Numbered from the stretch's first letter, positions 14,041 to 26,082 are shown. The stretch: 64,000 nucleotides of DNA from Octopus vulgaris (GCA_951406725.2 OX597824.1:78244001-78308000); one strand, 5' to 3'. The notes: generated from the letters alone by a model not told the origin. Numbers and translations are program-made.

Positions 14041-14777
14041 TACACACACGCACAAACACACACACTCACACATATATATATTCACACACGCACACGATGG
14101 ACTTCCGCACAATTACCGTCTGCACAATTCCCTCACAAGTAATTGGGCTCCCTGCGTCTATACCTGTAAGTCCTTTTCCCATCTACCATATAGTCGAACA
14201 GAACCCGAAACCATGAGGCTGCAAAGCGAACTTCTAAACCACAGAGCCTCCCATTAACATCGAAGTTACTTTCATTTTCTTTCAATCTCAATTTCAGACA
14301 TTGTTATATGTTTCCCCTTGAAATCAATATTTTTCAGCTAACCGCTTAACATTAAAACGCACAGCTTAGTCTACGATAACATTATCAATAAAAGCATCAA
14401 ACGTGGGTTTTCCGAAGAACGCCTTATCTGCAGTAGCATCTCTCAGTCATCTCTGTCAGGCTGGTATCGTCGTCAGCTGTGTCACTGTGCACACCTCTTC
14501 ACATTTGACCTATACACCCATGGGAAAATTCCAATTCCGTCTCAATTTCTGGCACTATCTCTTTGGCTTAACTCCAGGTACATCAACAGTTGTGTTAATT
14601 CTTCATCAGTTCTTCAAAGAAAGCTTCAAAATTCCGCGTCTAATATGATATGACGTTAACTCACACAAACCACCTGTCAACTAACATTAACACAAACAAA
14701 ACTCGTTAAAAGTAATCTAATACTCAGCTTATTTTATTCCATGTCTTGACTGATTACTGATTGTGTATGCATATATA

Positions 14778-15496
14778 CAGGGTGTCCACAAAGTCTGGGT
14801 ACATGGAGTAAATAAAATCATAACATAAATAATTAAATATAAGAAATTGTATGCTTATGTGCTGGTATCCTTTCATCTTCCAGCTCACCATACAATTGCT
14901 GCTTGGGCAGTCGCTCATCACTCATCCTTACCAAATATCCCTACCACCTCAAACGTTTTTGCAAAATCCTTGACTCTATACTTCTACTGTTACTCCTCTC
15001 AAGCTCCTCCACATTACTAATGGCCATTTTCCAGTTTATCCCCCGAAAATTTTCTCAGACAGTATTGATAAAATCGTTCCAAGTAATCTACGGTAAATAA
15101 TCCATGCCTCATTTCCATATAGCAAAAATGGGAGGACGCATGTGCTATATACCTTAACTTCTGAAGATATATTGTGGTTCTTTCACAGACGCCTATCAAG
15201 CCAACCAAAAGCACTACTAGCCCTGCTGATTCTGTACGAAATTTCATCATCAACACCTGCAGCACTCAAGGTACTTCCTAAATAAATAAATCTAGGTACA
15301 GTCTCCAACCTTTGACTGTTCCCAGTTATAAAAGTTTCCACATACATCTTGGTGGGTACTTTCTTAAAGTATGTGTTAATCCCCATGTGGGTACATGGAG
15401 TAAATATAATCATAACATAAAGAATGAAATATAAGAAATAATAATTTTTTAAAGTATGTGTTAATCCCCATGTACCCAAACTTTGTGGACACCCTG
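14778..15496. mobile_element. Tc1/mariner-type MITE carrying a ~510-bp RTE fragment
   Basis: TIRs CAGGGTGTCCACAAAGTCTGGGTACATGG / CCATGTACCCAAACTTTGTGGACACCCTG with TA on both sides. Internal 14853-15358 matches RTE 7487-7998. Confidence 0.85.
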
Positions 15497-15649
15497 TATA
15501 TTGTTATTACTTTATTTTTCATGAACCCTCTCAGACTGTTTTGTTGGGTATGTTCGAAAGTGTCAGCTGCCTACAGCCAGCAAACAATGCTGATACTCGT
15601 TTACTGACCATGTTTTAAAAATCCTGCGGAGAACTCTGACAGTTCCAAA

Positions 15650-15980
15650 CAATGATGGTTTTCTACCAATCTTTTTGATCCACGTTGGTCGTTGAGTACT
15701 GATACTTCCATAGTATGTCGATTATCAGGCCTGCTATTTCGTCTACCACAACAATATCAATTTACCGGTGTCTAATCTGATAGTCATACTGAATCATTGT
15801 ATCCCAGTGAATTCCGCAATCCACATACTCGATAACTCCGTCTGGGATTTGATCATACCACGCCTCTGTTCCTTCTAGGACATTAGTTCCCTGGGCTTAA
15901 AATGGATTATTATAGCCACATTATCAGGATTTTGCATTGACGTTGTGCCAATTTCGGGCATTCACTAACAATGTGTTATA
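15650..15980 (-). mobile_element. R4/Dong-like (RLE-type) non-LTR retrotransposon C-terminal remnant
   Basis: Minus-strand translation HIVSECPKLAQ..DNVAIIIHF..WYDQIPDGVIE..IHWDTMIQYDYQIRHR*IDIVVVDE..LIIDI. Matches the CCHC / RHD / PD-(D/E)xK region of RLE LINEs. Confidence 0.75.
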
Positions 15981-15995
15981 TTATTTCATTAAATC

Positions 15996-16380
15996 GGCGA
16001 GCTGGCAGAAACGTTAGCACGCCGGGCGTATTGCTTAGCAGTATTTCGTCTGCCGCTACGTTCTGTGTTCAAATTCCGCCGAGGTCGAATTTGCTTTCAT
16101 CCTTTTCTGGATCAATTAAATAAGTACCAGTTACGCACTGGGGTCGATATAATCGACCTAATCCGTTTGTCTGTGCTTGTTTGTCCTCTCTGTGTTTAGC
16201 CACTTGTGGGTAGTAAAGAAATAGGTATTTCGTCTGTGTTTACGTTCTGAGTTCAAATTCTGTGGCAGTTGACTTTGTCTTTCATCTTTCAGGGTCGATA
16301 AATTAAGTATCAGTTGGGGTTGATCTAATCGACTGGCTCCCTCTCCAAAAATTTCGGGCCTTGTGCCTAGAGTTAAAAAA
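15996..16380 (+). mobile_element. SINE family B dimer (young unit followed by an older unit with an alternative tail)
   Basis: Junction AAGAAATAG|GTATTTCG at about 16225. Confidence 0.88.
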
Positions 16381-16740
16381 GGTTATATTGTTTCATCCCT
16401 TTCACCACACATTCTGCGTTTGTCTCTCTCAGTTGTGTTATCTTTTCCGTACTACATATAGTTTCTTCTCAATGCGTGTTCTTGCACCGCGCATATAAGA
16501 GCCTCTATCCATAACCACCGGTCTTCTGAATTTGTCTTTGCGCTCGTATATATTGAAAAATGAATGTACATTTTTCTTTCCCATGCCATTTCCTTATTAT
16601 TAATATTGTTAGTGTTGCTGCTGTTGTTATTGGTGGTGGTGGTGGTGGCCGTGGCGTCTGTGGCGGCGGCGATGATGGGGGGGAGCTGTCTCTATGGTAG
16701 TGGCTATGATGGCAGTGGTGTTGTCATTGCTATTGTTTGT

Positions 16741-18665
16741 TGTGACGAGAGTACGACACCTTCTGACAAGAATAGACGAGATCACTACATATAAATATTA
16801 GTGGTCTAACGTAGTCGGCAGTTGGTAATTTGGTCGAGTCCATGCTGGTTGTTCTTCTGCGAGTGGGGAACAGGTAAGACCTTTCATTTTCATTTTTCTT
16901 CATTATTATAATTCATAAATTTCAACCGTTCGTTATATGTTTTATGTACCCCACTATGCTGTGTATTGTCCCCTCTTTATCGAGCCTGAGTGCTCAATAA
17001 AAGAAATCAGTTCGTAGTTTGGTTTTTGAAGTCCAGGTACAGTTTACAGTTCAGTTCGAGTTAGTATTTTGGAAATATTGATTGTTAGTTCGTAAAAGAT
17101 TGTTGGTTCGTTACGTCTTTGTTACTACCGCTGTTTCTATTTTGTATTGGTATAACACTGTTACAGTGTATTCTTTATCTATAGTCGACAATATCAACCG
17201 TATTACGATATTGGAGGTGTAATGATATAGCATCTAGCGACGAGGATTCTTCGAAGCTCACGTAAGTTATTTAACAATTTGCTCATTAATAATAGTTATT
17301 AAATTATGGAGAACTTATTAGCTGCAGTAATACAGCTTCAAGAGAAGCAACAGGAACAACTACAGAAGTGGCAGAAGCAAATACTACAACATCAATAACT
17401 GTTAATTGAATTGCAGCCAAGAAAGTTTGGAAATTCGGCAAGTTCGTTTACCCCAGAAGGCGTGGCGAACTCGATTTCTGAATTCACTTATAATCTGTAG
17501 GAGGGTATTACGTTTTCTGCGTACTATAGAAGGTACGAGGAAATTTTTAACAAAGATTGCAAGTCGTGGCCGGATGAGGAGAAAGTGAAGCTATTACTAC
17601 GCAAAGTAGCTCCGGTTGAGCATGAAGGCTAGTGTAACTTTATATTACCCAAAATGTCGAGTGAGATTTGTTTCCAAGAAACTATTGAATTACTCTTTTG
17701 TGACAAAAGTTCGTTATTTAACACTCGAATTGAATGTTGTAACAAAAAATGACAATGATCACTTTAAAAAATTTTCTGGAGTAGTCAACCGAATGTGTGA
17801 AAACTTTAAATTTCAGGAACTCACTGAGGATATGTTTAAAATCATTATCTTCGTACAAGGCCTTACGGCAAACAAAAATAATGGAATTCGAGCTAGGGTT
17901 CTCTCAAAAATGGAGCAAGTGAACCAAGACGTAACCCTACAGACCATTGCAGAAGAATTTCCAACAATTGTAAACCTGAAGCATGACGTGAAAAAATTTA
18001 CAATACAGATTCCGCACAAATACAGATGTGTCGATCCAGAAAGCACAACCAAAACTGAGTATCAGATCCTAATTCATGTTCCTGATGTGGAAGCCTACAC
18101 TTCAGAAAAGAGTGTCTATTTGAAAACCGAAAGAGCTATAATTGTCAGAAACTTGGTCACAAGAGCTCATACTGCAGGGCAAGAATACGAGAGTCGAACG
18201 CAAAAAGTTCCAAAATGTTTTCAGTAGAAATTAAATACGGCACAAAAACAAGAAAATTCGTACACGTAAAAATAAATGGTGTTGTAAATATTAAACTATA
18301 GTTGGATACTGGTAGCGATATTTCAATCATGACTGCAGATACATGGAGTAAAATCAGGAAACCGAGACTATGTAAAAGGAGCGAAAATTGCGCGTGGCGG
18401 AATTTGTACAGATGTCACATTTCGAGGAGAAACACGCAAAGCAAAAATATTCATTCTAGAGCATACAATCAATCTGTTTGGTACAGATTGGTTGGAGTAA
18501 TTTGATTTATGGCACTTCCCAATAAGTCTCTACTATAAAAGCATAAATGGTTGACACGTTAAAAATAAATCGTCAGAGGAATTGAAGAGAAAATTGAAAA
18601 AGATGTTTCCTCGAGTACTATCGGAGGACTTAGGTTTATGTAAAAAAGACTGAAGCCTGCTTTCA
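16741..18665 (+). mobile_element. Gypsy (Mag-like) LTR retrotransposon remnant: 5' LTR, PBS, gag, protease; truncated
   Basis: Putative LTR TGTGAC..ATAGCA at 16741-17232 with AATAAA. PBS-like TAGCGACGAGGAT (cf. TGGCGACGAGG, tRNA-Ser 3' end). Gag from ATG 17306 (FSAYYRRYEEIF..DCKSWPDEEKVKLLLRK; FKFQELTEDMFKIIIFVQGL), decayed CCHC knuckles, protease LDTGSDISIM, and NLFGTDWLE. Several stops and frameshifts. Confidence 0.88.
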
Positions 18666-19033
18666 AGTAAGTGGCCATGCTGGAGCACCACCTTTAGTCG
18701 AACTAATCGACCCCAGGATTTATTCCTTGTGAGCCTAGTACTTATCCTATCGTTCTCTTTTGCCGAAATGCTAAGTAAACACACTAGCATCGGTTGTCAA
18801 GCGATGTTGGGGGGGGGAACAAACACAGACACACAAACATATACACACACATACATACATATATATATATATATACATACATATACGACGGGCTTCTTTC
18901 AGTTTCCGTCTACCAAATCCACTCACAAGGCTTTGGTCGGCCCAAGGCTATAGTAGAAGTCACTTGCCCAAGGTGTCACGCAATGGGATTGAACCCGGAA
19001 CCGTGTGGTTGGTAAACAAGCTACCTACCACAC
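18666..19033 (-). mobile_element. SINE family A
   Basis: Homology to family A. Marks the truncation point of the Gypsy remnant. Confidence 0.88.
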
Positions 19034-19374
19034 AGGAAATATTAGAAAATGTTATCAATACCCATAAAACAGGGGAGGTATTTGACAGGAACGTGCCTTT
19101 CCGCATAAGACATAACCAGGAGATACCAGGTGATACCCAACAACAAACATCATCTTCACTTAATTATTGATGTTCAGAGGTGATTTAATCTGGAGATTGT
19201 ACGTGGTTTTGCATAATATTTTATATAATATTAACCATGAATATCTGTATTTCACCTGGCATATGCTTGTTCATAAGTTTTAGTTTCCATAAATCATATA
19301 TCAACGAGAAATAATTTTAATACTGCTCAGTAAAATCTAACTGCAATTTTATACTCTTTAGCTTTTATCATTAG

Positions 19375-19600
19375 TCTTTTACTTTCTTTAGTCACTGAAT
19401 TACGGCCATGCTAGAGTCTCAGCTTGAAGGTTTTAGTCGAACAAATTGATCCCTGTACAAATTTTTAAGCGTTGTACATATTCTACCGGTTTCTTATGCT
19501 GAACGACTAAGTTACGGGGATATAAAAATAAAACGAACACTGTTTGCCAAGTAGTGACTAAGGGACAAACAAAAAAAACAAACACACATAAACGCATCCC
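19375..19600 (-). mobile_element. SINE family A, old 3' half
   Basis: Diverged tail homology. Confidence 0.65.
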
Positions 19601-19626
19601 CCCCACACACACATATATACATGTGT

Positions 19627-19662
<36 letters not shown>

Positions 19663-19779
19663 AGATAGGGGTTGAAAATTCAACCCACCATGGGATAACA
19701 TATATCCAATATGTTTCTCCATTTTCTAATTTTGTAGTATATATATATATATTTATATATATAATAAAATAATGCGCCC

Positions 19780-19970
19780 TTTTAAAGCTTAACCAGGCTC
19801 ATGGGCCCGGTTTCCCGGTTTCTATGGCGTACGTGTTCCCCAGCTGGATGGGACGCCAGTCCATCGCAGCGTTACTCATTTTTGCCAGCTGAGTGAACTG
19901 GAGCAACGTGAAATGAAGTGTTTTGCTCAAGAACACAACGCGTCGCCCGGTCCAGGAATCGAAACCACAA
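19780..19970 (-). mobile_element. SINE family D fragment (CORE-like segment plus GAAACCGGGAAACCGG tail)
   Basis: Homologous to 58582-58840. Confidence 0.8.
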
Positions 19971-20127
19971 TATAAGAGGAAAAGATCTATCAGAAAGGAA
20001 CTATATCTCTCTTTAAAAAATATCTTTTGATAAGCATAACAAATGCGCAACCGGTAAAAAGAACTTCACCTAATTAAATTACTTAAATTACTTAAATTAT
20101 TTTGTCAGCATTTTCTTCATTTCCTAT

Positions 20128-20189
<62 letters not shown>

Positions 20190-20364
20190 AACAGCTAGGC
20201 GCAATGCAATACCATAAAGAAAACATTTAATCGTCAGTATGTGTAACTGAGGAAGTCGAACCAACAAAAATTGCTAGAAATAGTGATTAAAGAACTCTTA
20301 ACGCTGTAAGAGCGCAATATATTTACACTGACAGGGGAGGTAACCATCACATGACCGCCTGTAG

Positions 20365-20419
20365 AATCGCCAGACTAGGCCTAGTTTCGCCTATACTGTA
20401 GGCATCGTCAGAAGTGATT
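20365..20419 (-). ncRNA. Minimal type I hammerhead ribozyme (Penelope-type)
   Basis: Minus strand AATCACTT-CTGACGA-T-GCCTA cagta TAGGC-GAAA-CTAGGCCTAG-TC-TGGCGATT. Intact core, 5-bp stem II, palindromic stem III, GUC triplet, partly mismatched stem I. Confidence 0.75.
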
Positions 20420-20616
20420 GCTCAAATGGTCGATGGTTTGGTCAATTCCATCAGGCTGATTTAGCAAAATGCTAATGCCTATACGAAAAATGCGTATACT
20501 AAAAATTAATATAAACACCTCTGTGTGTGTGTGTGTGTGTACACGCACACATACAACAGACCTCTCCCAAGTTTCCGTCTACCGAATCCACTTATAACGG
20601 CATTAGTTGGCTCGGG

Positions 20617-21000
20617 CCTAACCCTAACCCTAAAACCCTAGCCTGAACCCTAAAACCTTAACCCTAACCCAAAAATCCTAGCCCTGAAAACTTAAAACCA
20701 GTACAAACGCACAAACGATATCATAAATAACAGTGACAAACGAAAAACACACCACCGATTGTGGTTGCTGACAAACAACGGCGGTAATTTTATTCAGCTG
20801 AATACACGTCATTGATTGGTTGAAATTACCGAAATACGAGAACTTTAACGTGAAATAACTTCGTAAATATAAGTTTTTCTCAAAAATGCTAACAGTAAAA
20901 AGGTGTATTATATGACACATTCTACCAGTGTCCGAAGTTTGAAAGTGTTTAGCTACAAAAAAATATTTCTTAAATCTGTAGGTCAAAGGGTAAAGATCCT
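20617..21000. repeat. Degenerate (TAACCC)n tract at the start of an unclassified non-autonomous repeat
   Basis: CCTAACCCTAACCCTAAAACCCTAG...TTAACCCTAACCC at 20617-20700. Confidence 0.5.
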
Positions 21001-21362
21001 AAAACGATAGTGGTCTTTGCGTCTGATCCATTGTCGCACACGGTGCCATTTTAGCTTTACGGACATCTGTTCTACAGACTGGAATACGTTGTTCCGTTAG
21101 CATTATGTGTGTATAAATCTCACGTCTGGAATTAAATTGCAATCGGCAACTTTCTGCTTCCGTATAAATGTACAGCGTGTCTGGCTTAATTGATTCATCA
21201 TGAAATAATTTAGCTCTCGGTGAAAGCCGTCGCTGTAATTTCATTCTATTCAAATAGCCGAAAGAAGCATCGTCTCTTTTCGCCATTTTGATAGCAAGAC
21301 TGTAACAATTACAAAAATCATTAAGTCTATAACTACGAGGAAGATGTACTTTATAGCTTCGA

Positions 21363-22265
21363 TTTCTTCTTCTTCTTCTTCTCTTCTTCTTCTTCTTCTT
21401 TCTTCTTCTTCTTCTTCTTCGTTGTCTTCTTCGACTTCTTCTTCTTCTTCCTTTTCTTCCTCTCCTTCTTCTTCTACTTCTTCTTCTTCTCTTCTTCTAC
21501 TTCTCTTTCTTCTCATTCTTCTTCTTCTCCTCCTTCTCCTTCTATATCTCCTTCTTCTTCTTCTTCTTCTTCTTCTTCTTCTTGTCCTTCTCCTTCTCCT
21601 CATTCTTCTTTTCTTCTCCTATATCTCCTTCTTTTTCTTCTACTTCTCCTCCTCCTTCTCCTTATTTTTCTTCTTCTTCTTATCTTCTTCTTCTTCTCCT
21701 CCTTCGTCGTCTTCTTCTTCTTCTTCTTCTCTGTCTTCTCATTCTTCTTCTTCTCCTCCTTCTCCTTCTACCTCTCCTTCTTCTTCTTCTCCTCCTCCTT
21801 CTCCTTATTTTTCTTCTTCTTCTTCTCCTCCTTCGTCGTCTTCTTCTTCTTCTTCTTCTTCTCTGTCTTCTCATTCTTCTTCTTCTCCTCCTTCTCCTTC
21901 TACCTCTCCTTCTTCTTCTTCTCCTCCTCCTTCTCCTTATTTTTCTTCTTCTTCTTCTCTTCCTCCTTCTCTTCCTCCTTCTCTTCCTCCTCCTCCTCCT
22001 TCTTCTTCTTCTTTTCTTCCTCCTCCTCTTCCACCTCCACCTCCTTTTTCTTCTTCTTTTCTTCTTCTTCTTCTCCTTCTTCTTCCACCTCCTCCTTCTT
22101 CTTCTTCTCCTTCTCCTTCCTCTTCCTCCTCATTCTTCTTCTCCTTCTCCTCCCCCTTCTTAACTTCTTCTTCTCCTTCCTCTCCCTCCTCCTTCTTCTT
22201 CTCCTTCCTCTTCCTCCTCCTTCTTAACTTCTTCTTCTTCTTCTTCTTCTTCTCCTTCTTCTTCT
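21363..22265. repeat. (CTT/CCT)n-derived polypyrimidine low-complexity tract with an internal ~130-bp duplication
   Basis: Directly visible. TCGTCGTCTTC..CTGTCTTCTCATTC..TCTACCTCTCC..CCTTATTTTTC recurs. Confidence 0.95.
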
Positions 22266-22816
22266 AAAACAGCAGTAGCAGCAGAAGGCGGCAAATTGTA
22301 TTTACCTTTTCTGATGCTGTCTCTCTTCGATTCTCCATTGATATTATTGATGTTGTCATCGTTGTCTATCCATGACATTTGTACAGATTCTCGAATACCG
22401 TATTCATGTTTGAGACAAATATCGCGACGATTCGTAATGAAAGGTTTCCTGGAATTCAATATAGTGACTCCCACGCAAAACATAAATTTGTTCATGCCAC
22501 ATGTATGCATCTGTGTCTGTGTGTGTGTGATTGTGTGTTTCTGTATGAACGTGTGTATGTATGTGTGTGTGTGTGAGTATGTGCGTGCATGTGTGTGTGT
22601 TGCAAGATATGTGACCATAGGTGAATTTATGCTTCCATGATTGTATGTGTACGAATGCGTGTTATGTGTGTGCGAGCGTGTGTATACGCATGTGCATACA
22701 TGAGCACGCATGTGAGTAAAGAGTCTATTTGTAAAAATCTTGTGGACTGGTCACTTTCTTGGGTGTATTGTTTCCCTGACTGAAGTACATATGTTCGTGC
22801 TTATATATGCATATAT

Positions 22817-23056
22817 GGCGGCGAGCTGGCAGAAACGTTAGCACGCCGGGCTAAATGCGTAGCCGTATTTCGTCTACCGTTACGTTCTGAGTTCACATTC
22901 CGCCGAGGTCGACTTTGCCTTTCATCCTTTCGGGGTCGATAAATTAAGTACCAGTTACGCACTGGGGTCGATATAATCGACTTAATCCGTTTGTCTATCC
23001 TTGTCTGTCCTTGTTTGTCCCTTCTGTGTTTAGCCCCTTGTGGGTAGTAAAGAAAT
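22817..23056 (+). mobile_element. SINE family B monomer, full length
   Basis: GGCGGCGAGCTGGCAGAAACGTTAGC head through the GTAGTAAAGAAATA tail. Confidence 0.92.
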
Positions 23057-23115
23057 ATATATGTATTTTATGCATCCACACACACACACACAAGTATTTA
23101 TTTAAGTATATGTAT

Positions 23116-23490
23116 AGGCGTAGGAGTAGCTGTGTGGTAAGTACCTTGTTTACCAACCACATAGTTCCGGGTTCCGTCCCACTGCGTGGCACCTTGGGCA
23201 AGTGTCTTCTACTATAGCCTCGGGCCGACCAAAACCTTGTGAGTGGATTTGGTAGACAGAAACTGAAAGAAGCCCGTGTGTGTATATATATGTTTGTGTG
23301 TCTGTGTTTGTCCACCCAACGTCGCTTGACAAACGATGCTGGTGTATTTCCATCCCCGTAACTTAGCGGTTCGGAAACAGACTTATAGAATAAGTACTAG
23401 GCTTCCAAAGAATAAGTCCTGGGGTCGATTTGCTCGACTAAAGGCGGTGCTCCAGCATGACCGCAGTCAAATGACTGAAACAAGTAAAAG
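23116..23490 (+). mobile_element. SINE family A, full length
   Basis: Homology to family A. Confidence 0.92.
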
Positions 23491-23885
23491 CGAAAAAGAG
23501 AGAATGCATATATATATATATATGTATATGACTACACATACACACACGCAATCATATGCATGCGTATATTTATGTATGAGTCCATGCATGTGTGAATGTG
23601 TATATGTATGTATGTATGTATGTAAGTGACGACAAAGCTTGATTCTGCAATTCCCTGAAGAATTAATCTCTAAAGACACCGTATGATCGATGATCTGCCA
23701 CATTTTGTCAAACGAATATTACTTCGTTCAGCATATTTCTGTCATTTCGCACAATATCTGCATAATAATGAAACCGTATCGTCGCATTTGTATTATGAAA
23801 GATTATCAGGACCATATCAACAATACGCTGATGTAAAAATACTGCGTGCGATATTGTTATGTCAAAATATTATGTTGTATAATTT

Positions 23886-24050
23886 AGGCGTAGGAGTGGC
23901 TGTGTGGTAAGTAGTTTGCTTACGATCCACATGGTTCCGGATTCAGTCCCACTACGTGGCATCTTGGGCAAGTGACTTCTACTATAGCCTCGGGCCGACC
24001 AAAGCCTTCTGAGGGGATTTGGCAGATGAAAACTGAAAGAAACCCGTCGT
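23886..24050 (+). mobile_element. SINE family A 5' half
   Basis: Homology to family A. Confidence 0.85.
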
Positions 24051-24052
24051 AC

Positions 24053-24365
24053 GTGACCTCGTGTGTACCGTTGACGATTTCTTTCCTGTCTTCCCTTCTC
24101 TGGATCTTTCCTTCTCCTATGTTTCCGACGAAAAGCTCCGCTCGAAACGTTGAACCCTCCTTTTTTCCATCTTTCCTGAGCGTCCAATAATACTATGTTT
24201 TTCCACGTCCTCGCGTTGTTGTGGTTTTTTTGTGCTTTCTTGTTTGGATTAACTTTATATTTATATATAGAGAAAAGTATTTTACATTTCGAGCCTACGC
24301 TCTTCTACTGAAAGGGACACAGAAAAAACAAGGAGAGAAAAAAATGTGTAGTGGCTAACGATCTA
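24053..24365. mobile_element. Two Penelope-like terminal fragments, tail to tail, each with a hammerhead-like motif
   Basis: 24053-24255 (+) is homologous to 53868-54070 (-). 24270-24365 (-) is homologous to 52820-53280 (+). TA-rich junctions. Family assignment is inferred from the HHR-like motifs. Confidence 0.55.
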
Positions 24366-25129
24366 TATATGTATGTATTAAATATATATATGCCTATATT
24401 GGTGCAGAGCGTCACCAACTATATAAACAACATGAAATACAAAAACAAACGAGTTACATACACAAACAATGAGAGAGAAAACATGGAAAACAGGCCAAGT
24501 AAGCACAGAGAACGATGATTCATCAGTTGTCGTCTGTCTATCTACTCCTCATTTCGAGCACTCAACGACAATATGGGTCTTCAAAGACAGTTGCTCCCAT
24601 AAATTCCAAAATAAAATTTAGGATTTACGGAGTGTCAAATTTGGGAACGTAAACAGGACGTTGAACACATACAAACAAAGAAGCCGAACGAAAAGAAACA
24701 CGGAGGTTCGTTAGACCAGAACGGCACGAAAACAGTGATGGATGAGAGAAATATTTTCTTTGAAAAGAGAAAATACAAAAGAAAGAAAACGTCCAGTCAT
24801 TTGAACGTCCGTGCACAAAATGAAAGATGGCCACGTGAAGAAAAAAGGATGGATGTTGGTCACGTGTGAGCAACCTGAGAAAGAAAATGTGAGAGAGAGA
24901 GAGAGAGAGACATGCACACAGAGAAACGGGTGGAGGGGAGAAAAGGGACTTAGAGATGGCCGAAGGAAGAAAACAGTTATATTATTATTTAACTGAACGC
25001 TACGCATCCATTTTGAAGTAAGTTTATCTTTACCGTTTTGATGCGACTCTTCTATTTACTGTTTTCTTCCTCCATCCTTCTCTAATTCCCAATTTCTCCC
25101 CTTCACCATTTCGATCTGCATACATATCT

Positions 25130-25133
25130 ATAT

Positions 25134-25187
<54 letters not shown>

Positions 25188-25500
25188 GTGTGTGTATATA
25201 TATTTATATATATATATATTTATATATATATATTTATATATATATATTTATATATATATATTTATTTATATATATATATATAATATATATATTTATATAT
25301 ATATATATTTATATATATATGTATATATTTATATATATATGTGTGTATATATATATTTATATATGTATATATATTTATATATGTATATATATATTCATGT
25401 ATGTATATATGTATATATATATTTATATATGTACATATATATTTATATATGTATATGTGTATATGTATATTTATATATGTATATATATATTATATATATA

Positions 25501-25573
<73 letters not shown>

Positions 25574-25677
25574 ATAATAGAGAGAGAAAGCAAAAATGCT
25601 AGATACTGTTAATTAGATATTTAGTTATATATATATATATATATTTATATATGTATAAATATATTTATATATATGTA

Positions 25678-25716
<39 letters not shown>
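25130..25716. repeat. Interrupted (TA)n microsatellite
   Basis: Directly visible. Confidence 0.95.
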
Positions 25717-25718
<2 letters not shown>

Positions 25719-26032
25719 TTTGATACTTTGATACCTTGATAGGTTTCGGCCATTATTGGCCTAGGCCATGTCTAACTTAATAGCACCACCTGGTGAAGAT
25801 ATATAGATAGATATATATCCTTAAATCCTTAAAAATGATTTAGCCCGAAGGCCGCGGCCATGCTGGGGCATGTAAATAATAGAGAGAGAAAGCAAAAAAT
25901 GCTAGAGACTGTTAATTAGATATTTAAGTCACATCATCTTACGTACGTTCCGTGAACAAGTAATTTTTTTGCTATCTAATGCCAATTATATAATCAAGAC
26001 TTAATGTCAGATCGTCAAGGACATGTAACATT

Positions 26033-26082
<50 letters not shown>

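Noticed and set aside
24505-24580. CTGATGA and CGAAA on the minus strand
   Set aside because: The order and pairing do not give a complete hammerhead (no GAAA closing a stem II).
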